Of a stretch of DNA of 36,386 bases, positions 10,088-20,400 are shown piece by piece. A model generated the notes under the pieces. It made no database searches and was not told the DNA's origin. It was given only the letters and a program-made list of their open reading frames with translations. Origin of the DNA: a virus (taxonomy: Duplodnaviria; Caudoviricetes); IMG/VR virus record IMGVR_UViG_3300030329_003598, positions 1 to 36,386 of that record. One strand, 5' to 3'. Positions within the stretch are counted from its first letter, which is position 1. Every line of letters starts with the position of its first letter. The position numbers were made by a program, and so were the translations under genes.

Positions 10088-10866
10088 TGCAACATATTTT
10101 AGAAAAGATTGATGGGTGGGTTCAAAATGGACCTATGGGTAATGACAAAAATTTCATAGAATGGTTAGTCCCAGCATTAGTTGGGGCGGCAGTTGATGTT
10201 TTTCAATCAGATGCAGAGAGACGTGCATATAGAGCCTCAGCAACAGCACAAAGGGAACTAGCACAAAAAAATTATGAAACCCAAGTTGAAGCACTAAAAA
10301 AGGCTAGGGCTGAGGGTACTAGAATGGGGGCTGGTGAGGCTATAGCATTACAGAGAATGGAAAAGGGTGCAAGAGAAGGGACAATGGATGTAGATTTTCT
10401 AACCCAACAGGCAACAGCACCAGTGTACCAGGCTGGTGCAGAGTCAAGGCAACAGGCGCAGGGGAAGGTTATAACACAGGGTCTAGAGGGGTCAATTATA
10501 GCACAGGAAGTAGCAAGAAAAATTGATACTCAAACTATGCAAAATATAGCCCAACAGGCACGCCAGATAGCACTTGCAAATGAGGCAACAAAAGCACAGG
10601 CAAGTCAAGCACTTACAACAGCTCAACTTTCTAGAGCAGAGAGATTGAAACAAATTGCAATGGACTATCAAACAGGCTTAGGACAGGCACAAATAGCACG
10701 TGACCAAGCCCTGCATCAAGCTACAATATCTGATATACAAGCTGAGGCGGCAAAAGCGTCTGCTGGTTTCAACGCGGCAACTGGTTTTGCAACGGCATCT
10801 TATATGGGAATAGCACACGATTTAATAACACTACCAGATGGGTCATACTATGACCCTAATGCATAA
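10087..10866 (+). CDS. Putative ejection (internal virion) protein
   Basis: Ala/Gln-rich helical protein with hydrophobic N-terminal segment, in the usual podovirus ejection-gene position. Confidence 0.6.
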   Translation: MQHILEKIDGWVQNGPMGNDKNFIEWLVPALVGAAVDVFQSDAERRAYRASATAQRELAQKNYETQVEALKKARAEGTRMGAGEAIALQRMEKGAREGTMDVDFLTQQATAPVYQAGAESRQQAQGKVITQGLEGSIIAQEVARKIDTQTMQNIAQQARQIALANEATKAQASQALTTAQLSRAERLKQIAMDYQTGLGQAQIARDQALHQATISDIQAEAAKASAGFNAATGFATASYMGIAHDLITLPDGSYYDPNA

Positions 10867-10876
10867 GGAGTTTTAA

Positions 10877-11437
10877 ATGGGAAGATTATATCCAAAAGGG
10901 ACATCTTTAGCTACTATTTTAAATAATAGAAAAAAAGCAGAAAAAGAAGCCACTGAAAAAAAGAAAAAAGAATCTGACAAGGCACAGAAAATAGCTAATA
11001 AAAAAAGGCATGGATTTGACATCACAGGCATGAGCAATGACCAGATAATTGCAAAAATGCTAGATAATCAAGAAAAGCACTATAATAAAATCAATGAGAC
11101 TATGGATGATATTAATACTGCTGATAGTGATGTTGTAAAAAGAAGGAAGCAGAATGTTTTAAATAATGCTTATAAAAATTTACTTGATTATTCTCAGGTA
11201 TTAGATTCACTTCAAAACACAGATGAAAATTATAAAAATGCAATAGAGTCAATTTATAATTCACTTGAAGATGAAGAGTGGCCAACTAAAATGAAAAAAT
11301 TTAAAAAGCACTTAAATAAAAAATCAGTTGTTCCTTCAGAAGATGGTAGTTTTCAGGCACAGGATAGTACATCTACCAAACCTCCATCAAAAAAAGAAAA
11401 AAGAATTGACGAACTTCTTAAAATTATAGGAAAATAA
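10877..11437 (+). CDS. Putative ejection protein, Lys-rich
   Basis: AAGGAG RBS; TAATG coupling to the giant protein. Confidence 0.5.
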   Translation: MGRLYPKGTSLATILNNRKKAEKEATEKKKKESDKAQKIANKKRHGFDITGMSNDQIIAKMLDNQEKHYNKINETMDDINTADSDVVKRRKQNVLNNAYKNLLDYSQVLDSLQNTDENYKNAIESIYNSLEDEEWPTKMKKFKKHLNKKSVVPSEDGSFQAQDSTSTKPPSKKEKRIDELLKIIGK

Positions 11438-14400
11438 TGTCTGAAATTAACCAAGAAAAAATTGATGCAATAAATGAGTTGTACAGTATATATAGGCTTG
11501 ACCCCTCTGCTTTTGATGAGGAGCAGGGCAATGCTATTAAAGAAGCATATAGCTTAATTGGAGATACTACAGGGTTTAAACCACTACCCTCAGTAAGGGA
11601 TACATTTAAAACACCTCAAATAGAACCTACAATACAGGACTCAGTTGTAAGGGAAGATACTAAGCCTGAAATTATTAAGAAAAAAGAAATTAAACCTAAA
11701 ATTATTAGCCAAGAAGAAATAAAACCTGAAGATAAGGTAAAGCCAGTAAAAGAATATAGGGCAAGAGCTGATTACCCAGAGGGATTTTTTGACAGCAGAG
11801 AAAATGTAAGTGATTTAGGCTCTTTTATACATCACTATGCACCAGAGACTGAGAACCCCACAAAGGCATATATAGATTCTATATCATCTCAGCTTGGTAT
11901 AACACCAGACACACCATTCCACAGAATAAAGCCTGAGGATTTAGTCCCATTAATAGCAAAGCAAGAGGGCTATGGTAGACCAAATGTCCCTGCAACAAGG
12001 AATAATAACCCTGGTAACTTAGAATTTGCAGGTCAGCCTTTAGCTATTGGTAAAGACAATCAGGGATTTGCTATATTTGAATCTCCACAGGATGGTGTAG
12101 AGGCCTTGATAAACCAAATAAAATTAGACCAATCAAGAAGTAAGAAATGGTATAAAAAAGAAACAGATATGGGATTGCAAAATTATTGGGATGATTTGTA
12201 CCAAAAATACTACGATCAACTAAATCAGGGAAAAGATGCTGATGAGATGGCATTATTAGGCTCAGGTCTCTATGGGGGCTCACTTGTAAGTAATGCCCTA
12301 GATAATAAGGTGCTGTTAGCAAAAGAGGATACTATAAAGCCTCTTGTTGTAGGTGATAAGAATGTTGCTATTGTTAAGGTAAGACCTGATGGCAGTGTAT
12401 TTGAACCTTCCCACACACCAGGGATAGACCACTTAAACTATGTTCCAGTTATTGGTGATGCTAGGTCAAAAATAAAGTACTCAGATAAAAGAAGGGAACT
12501 AGAGGAAGAGGGATATAGAATACTTAACCTTGACACCCAACAGATTGAGCCTACACTTAGTGACTTAGAGGATATACAGCATGGAGCAGTAAGTGCTGAT
12601 AAAAAAGGCTTTATGGATGTAATGCGTGATGCGTGGGAGGACCCTGCAAAATATGCACCTATTACAGGTTCTTATTATGAAGGTGAAGAGTTATGGAAAA
12701 TATTTACAGCGGCTAAAAAACTAGAGAATGCCAATGGGGATATGAAAGCTCTTTCAGATAATGAGATAGAGCTGTTATATGACTTTGTACTTGACAATGA
12801 GACTGAAAGGGACTTTGGGGGTAAGGTAGCAGAGGTGCTTGTTAATATGCCTTCATTTTGGGGTGAGATACTTGTTACAGGTGGTGCTCTGACTGCTGGT
12901 AAGTGGGTTACAAAGAAAATAATAACAAAGGGCTTAAAAGAAGGGCTTGAAAAACAGATTAAAGATAGGCTTATTGTAAGGGGTGTTAAAAAGACAGCAG
13001 AGGTTGCACTGGTAACGATCGCAGGTTCAAATATTGCTATAAGCCCAAAAGCAGATGGCTCTATTGGTTTTGCTGGTAGGGTTGACAATACAGTAATAAA
13101 GAAAATTATACCAGGATTAGAGACTGCTACCTTGGGCAATGCAAACCTTCTCACAATTACAGGTCCTGGTATGGACAAAGACAAGGCAGAGGCACAGGCT
13201 AAATTTGAGACCTATTTAGAGTTTTTCTCTGAGCAGACAGGTCCAGCATTTAAATGGGCAGGAAGAGGGTTGGGTAAACCAATATCAAAATTATTCAATC
13301 AAATAGGGAAATTACCAGGTGGAGATGCAATTAAAAGAACTCTAACTAATAATGCCTTAATAAATACCCTTAGAAAAGCAAACCCAAATGCAAGTGTACC
13401 AGACCTTAAAAAGATAGCTGAGAGATTGGGGTACCATGGAATCCTAGAGGAAATGATGGAGGAAAGGGTTGTTGATATAAGTCAGCAAATAGCATTAACA
13501 GCATCAGACCTAGGCATTGTATCTGATGACTTTGATAACCCCAACTATGAGTGGAATCTTACTATAGAGCAATTATTAGTAGAGCTTACAGCGTTTAGTG
13601 CTCCTACTGGGGCTATCAAGAGTGGTCAATATTTATTAAACTTCTCATCAGAGCAAAGATGGAAAAATTCTACAATAGGCAAGAAGATTGCAGAGGCCAG
13701 AGAGATTGGTGTACCTGAAGAGGAGCTAGAGGGTAAATCAGAGGAAGATAAAGAGAAAATAAGAGCAAGGCACGAACAGGCTTTATTTATGCTTGAGTTT
13801 TTTGCAAAAAGAAATCCAGAGATGTATGACAAGCATTTTATAGTTGATATTATACCCCAACTTAATGAAATAACAAAAGAACAGCTAGAGGAAATGGGTC
13901 TGTCTATGGAGGGTGAGGGCTTAGATGCTGATACTCCTGTTGCTAGAATATTGGGTTCAACAGAGTATAAAACCTTTGAAAAGAATGCTAAGGTATTAAT
14001 TAGTTTATACCAAGGTGCAGGTGCAGATACAACTGTTGAGGAGTGGTATGGTGCAAACTATAAGTCTTTATCTGAAGAAGAAAAAAACAATTTTCAGCAG
14101 TACTATGAGAAATATATAACTGATTCATCCTTCAGGGCTGAGGTTAATGAAAGGATATCTAAGGTTGAAGGAGAGCATTTCAATAAGAACTCTGTATTAA
14201 AACCACAGGAGCTATTTGAAAAAGATGGTAAGGCACATTTCTTTGAGGGTGGTGTATTATATGAAAACTCATATGTAGGCAAGATATATAGAAAACTTAA
14301 GGATATGTTTGATCGTTTATTTACTATTGGAACTGTTGACAAGAGTGTAGAGAAAATATATAGAGATGTAGGTGTAGGTGAAAAGATAGTTGAGACTAAG

Positions 14401-17400
14401 GATATTGAGGCTAAAGAGGTAGAAGAGATACCTGTGGTAGAAGAGGGAACCCCTCTCGAAGAAATTGATAAATGGATTACACTTGGTGGTCAGGAATTAG
14501 TTTGGGATGAGGAGTCAAGAAGTTATATTCCTAAGGTAGAAGAAGATAAGCCCAAAAGAGAACCTATTACAGTTGGTGAACAAGATATGGTATGGGATGA
14601 AGAAACCCAAAGCTATATACCCAAAGAAGAAGAAGATAAAAAAGAAGTTACTGTTACAGGTGTTAAACCAGATATAAGAGATGGAAAGTTAATAAGAACA
14701 GTAGCAGAAGAATATACAATTAAAGAAGGTGATGCTGTTTTTATTGGAGAATCTTTTAATGTAGCACATAGGGTGGTAAAGGTAGAAGAAGATGGAATAA
14801 CTGTAATGTCTGGCAAGAGAAGAAATCCTTATAAGCAAACATTAACTTTAGATAACTTATTTACACCTAAAGAGATATATGAAAAAGAGGCAGGTATTGA
14901 CCCTGTAAATGTCATAGAAGTAGAGGGAGATAAGAAACTTCAAAAAGAATATGAAGAAAAACTTAAAAAATCAACAGAAGTAGATAAAGATAAACCTAGT
15001 TTCCAACTAGCCCCTAAGAAAATAGCAGATTTATTTACAGAAGACCAAACTGATAACACTGGGAAATTAGCAGAAGATAAAGTAGAATTATCACGCATTA
15101 CAGATACTAGGCTACCAGGTGGAACCACAAGAAATGTTTATAATATAAATGGCAAAGTTTTAAAGATTGCTAAAAACCCAAGGGGGTTAGAACAAAACAG
15201 TTCTTTAAAGTATGGAGACTTAGATATACTAGGTAGTTCTGTCCCTAATATATATGAAATAGGTTTAGACTATATAGTTACAGAGAATGTCCCTAGAAAA
15301 GACAAAGAAACAAGAAAATTCCTCAAGCCTCTACAAAAGTTTAATCAAACAGATTTTGATAATAAGACAGCAGATTTACAAGATGTTTTATTGGAATTAG
15401 GATTAGAAGATTTTATGAATTATGAGGTGCTATGGAATGATTTTAAAGCCTTTAGAAATTGGGGACAAAGAAAAAATGGTGATTTTGTATTAATAGATGA
15501 AGGTGCATTAAATAAAAATATAACATCTACTTCTAAGATTCCAGACTGGGCAAAAGAAGAATGGAATGAAATTAAGTCAAAAAGAAAAAAAATAAGAAAA
15601 CTTACCCCTAAGGGTAAACCTAGTTTTCAGCTTACTCCTAAGAAAAGTGTATTAGATGTAGCAAAAGAATTAGGTGCAGGGAAAACAGAACCAAAAAATG
15701 AAGATAAGGTTAGTGTTGCTGTAGTGAAGGGTATAAGAGATGTTGTTAAATCTTTAGAAGATGAGAATATTGATTTACATGCAACACTAGAGTGGTACTT
15801 TGATTCTATGGACAAGGCACAGGATATTGCAATGAATGAGGTGCCAATAGAAAGCCCTACAGATGCATTATTATTTAGAACTATTTTAGCCCTACAAAGT
15901 CAGGGTGCTAAACCAGAAATACAATACAATACGACAATAGGTTCCTATGGTTATTATAAAGATAATGGTACATTTAATTACAATCCAAGCACAACCACAG
16001 GCAAAGAAGTTTTGTGGAGTACTAACATAAAAGATAAAGATGTAATGGTTGGTGGTCTGGAAAGTGGTGCTGTATATAAAAATCATAAGAAATTAGAAGC
16101 ATTAATAGAAAAGTTTGGACTAGAAAAGGCTATGGAGTTTATCATTACCAAGCACACAGGTAGAGAGCTTTTAGATTTAATGAAAGAGCTGGGGATGCCT
16201 AAGCCAAATGTTAGAGTTGGCGATGAGTATTATGGTGCCAGAGTATTTGGACCTAAGATTGGTGCATTTACAATGAATTTAAATGGAGTAAGTGACATAG
16301 CAACATATGATAGGTGGTGGGTAAGGACATGGAACAGATGGATGGGAACCCCAACAAAGATAGAAAAAGGTGAAGAAAAAGTAAAGGGCACACCTACTGG
16401 ATTACCTGAAGAAGATTTAATGAATGAGGCGATCGCTGAGATTGCAAAAGAATTAACAGAGGCAACAGGATATAATTGGACACCACCAGCAGTACAGGCA
16501 GTTCTTTGGTATTATGAAAAGGATTTGTATATTAAGCATGGTGCATCTGTTCCAGAAGGTGAGGACTATTTAGGTTCAGCAAAAATAAGAGCAAAGGAGA
16601 AAGGTTATGCAACCACACCCAGAGGTGATAAAGCAGTTAGAGGGATTAAGAGACGCAGGAGTGTTACAAAAAGAAAAGATATTGCCAGTCTTAAAAAAGC
16701 ACCTTCAAAAATTAGAAAAAGGGCTAAAGAAAAAGCTCCTCAAGTAAGCTACCAACTTACCCCAGCACAAAAAGAATTTTTTAAAGACACTAAAGCAGTA
16801 GATAAAAATGGTGAGCCATTGCGTGTATACCATGGGTCTAGTACAAAGCCTTTTGATTCTTTTGCATTTGGTGGATGGTTTACATCTAACCCCTCTTATG
16901 CAAGTGCATATGCTCAGGTTATAGCATCAGGTGAAAATGTAGCATATACAGGGCTTACATTCCCAACACACGCAAGAACAATACCTTCATATATAAATAT
17001 TAAAAAACCTCTTGAATTAAATTTTTTAGAAAGCAATGAACAATTAATTGATTATAGTACATATATAGATGAACTTGGGGCGATTGTTGATAAGCAAATA
17101 CCAGAGAATATAATAGATTTATTTAGAGATACTGGGGAATCAGGTGATATTTCTGGTAAGGTTTATGCTTATGAAATGACTGATATTCTTACTATGGGCG
17201 AGGGTGAAAAATGGATTAAGAGTTTAGGTTATGATGGTATAAAAGTAAAAGAAGCATATCTTTCTGACCCTAATATTAGAGATACTGAATTAGAATATGT
17301 AGATACATACTTTGTCTTCAAACCAGAGCAAGTAAAATCTGTCTATAATGTTAACCCAAAAGAAGACCCAAAGAAAAGTTTTCAATTAGCACCTAAGCCT

Positions 17401-20400
17401 AAGATGTTCTCTACAGCAGAGACAGTTGCAGACAAAATTGAAGCCAAGAGTATGAAGGCTCAGAGCATCATACCTTATCTTAGAAAAAATGGTGTAAAGC
17501 AGGATGAAATAGATTGGTTGTTAATAGGTGATTGGTTAAGTGAGACATTTAAGCCAAATGAAAAGGTCCCCACAGAAAAATTAAAGGAATATATTAGACA
17601 GCACAAGGTAGTATTTAAGGCTGGGGCATTAGATGAGGGTCTGGTTATTGTTCAGGGTGAAGAATTTATTATAGATAACCCTAGACAAAAATTTTCACAT
17701 ATAACAATAGTAGGTGGTGAGGATTCTGACTACAGAGAGGTTGTAATAACCCTCCCAAAGAAAGAGGGAACCCCATATACATCAGAAGCTCATTTTGGTA
17801 ATGTCAAAAACCCTGTAGCTCATTTTAGGGTAACAACAAGATACAACACACAGGGTGAAAAGGTTCTTTATATAGAAGAAGTCCAATCAGACTGGAACTC
17901 AACAGCATTTAAAATTAGAGAAAGCAGAGTCAGGGAACTTGCGATCGAACTTATAGAAAATAAAACAATTAACCCTGAAACCAATAAGCCCTTTACTATG
18001 GAAAATTGGGCAGAGGTTAAAAAGATTGTTAGTAAAAAGGTTCCTGATGACTATGGATATTTACCAAGGGCAATAGATAAAGCAAAAAGTGAACTCAAAC
18101 GTAAATTTGTTTTTCACAATAGTACAATTTCACAATTAGTGGAAAATATATTTACACTAGAAGGCCTTGAAAATAATAAAATCCTTGAGGGTCTATCCCC
18201 AGAGATAAAGAAAGCTGTAGGTCCAGCACTATATTTTCCCCTTTCTGGTATTAGTGTTTGGAAAGAGAAAATGATTTTTGAGAATGAGCAAGACTATGAG
18301 GTTCAATACAGGGTCTTTAGGTCTAGGATTGTAGATTCTATTATAGGCATTCAAACATCTTCTTTATTACCAATAGAATCAGCAGAAGCAGAGAAAATAG
18401 TTGATTCTTTTTTGAGCATCCCATTTAATACTACTGAAAAATATAAATTACTTAAAGAAGGTAAGGTACCTATGCCAGTAGATATGGTAGAGTATCTTTT
18501 AAATAACCTAGAGGATGCTACAATGGGGGATGTTTTAAGGTTTATTATAGGGGAGGTTGTAAATGAAAGGAAGATAAGAGAAGAATCTAATAGAGTTAGT
18601 GCATTATATGATTCAAATGCAAAGCCAGATAACCCCTACAAAGAAACTAAAAAGGGTAAGCCTTGGGTAAATTTAGCGATCAAAAGAATAATTATGTATG
18701 GTGTAGAAAATGGATTTGATAGAATTGCTTGGTCAGATGGTGCATTCCAGAATAAAATAAATAATATAGCAAGAGGGGCATCAAGTATAGAGTACAAGCG
18801 TATTAAAGGAACCAATCAATATGAAATTAAAGTTTATGACTTAAATGGCAATAGAATTATAGACCATCAAAATTTACCAAATATAATGACGCTAGATAAG
18901 ATGGATTCATATTTTAATTCAAGTATAATTGATAGAATAATTAAGGGAGAGGGGAAAAAAGTTGAGCTACCAGACTTGGAAAAGATGGATAAAGAAGGGC
19001 TATTGGATGTTATAGATTCTTCTGAAGGTGGATGGACAAGATTAGAAGATGGTAACCTAGACTCATCTCCAGTGTTTCATATGAACCTATATGAAAGGTT
19101 TCTTCCTAATGGCTTTAAAAAGATTGGCAAGGGCTTAGGTGTTGGTGTTGAGACCACAACTCTAGAGATAAGTGGTGAGCTTGGTGATAGGATGCCTGAT
19201 GATGCTGACTATATAGACCCCACTTTGGATTCTCGTTGGATGTCTAAAAAAGAAGTTAATGACTTAAAGTTGGATAAAGATGAAATTAAAGGGTTCCATA
19301 GGTTTAGAGAAGTTGATTTAGGATTTGACCATTTAGTTTATGTTGTGGCAGAAAATAAGGAAACTGGCAAATTTAGTGTTTGGAGGATTGAGGAAGATAT
19401 AGAACAAGTTGACCTCATATCTTCTAATGTAAGCTGGAAACATATGGTAAAAAGCCTTATTGGTGAGGAAGTAGATGCTAGAATTGATAGAGAGTCTATA
19501 CCCTTACCTAAAGAGCTTAAGAGCAAGGTTATAAATGAGGGTCTTCCTAGTTTTCAGTTGTCACCTAAATCTAAGCCACTTGATGTGTACAAAGACATAA
19601 ACCCTAAGAATATAAAAACAGCAAGTGAAGGTGATAAGGATTTCAATCAACGTGAGCATAAAGTAATTCCTGTATCCACAATACTAGAAAGAATTAGCCC
19701 AGTAATACATAGTAAACTTTTAAGGCTCCAGTTTAATGTTGGTGTCAAGCAAAATAATGCCAGAGATAGAATTAATGACTTTAGAAAAAAAGTTAATAAG
19801 ATGAGTAAAAAGGACCAAGCTATCTTCAAGTTGGCAATGCTTAATAGTGACTATGATACGATGATACCACTTGTAAACAAATATGAAATGCATACTGAGT
19901 TTGCAGAGGCTAGATTGGTATTAGAGGAAATTAGAAATGGTCTGATTAGTGTTGGTGAGGATGTTGGGTATATAGAGAATTATTTTCCAAGAAAGATTCT
20001 AAATCTTCAGGGGCTAAGGCAGAGTCTTAATCAAGATGCGCCTACTAAAACATTTATTGACTCACAGATTGAACAAAGAGAACAGGATTTAGATCGCAGA
20101 TTAACATCAGAGGAAGAGATTGACCTTATCAATAAGCTAATAAGAGGCTACTCATACATTAAAAGTAAGCCATCATTCCTTAAGGGTAGAAAACTTGAGC
20201 AAATAACTGCTGACCAAATGGAGTTTTATGAAGACCCTATTGCACAGCTTGGTAGACACATTGATATATCAATAGAAAGAATAGAAAATAAAAAGTTCTT
20301 AGGGCATTCTGATGCAAGTGAAGAGTCTATAGGTGCATATATTCAGCGCTTAAGAGATTCAGGTATGGAAATATCTGATGCAGAAGAGCATAGAATATTT

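Noticed and set aside
14880-15615. Nested ORFs before the first two SFQL linkers
   Set aside because: Alternate-frame ATGs there give only about 10 codons and lack a properly spaced RBS
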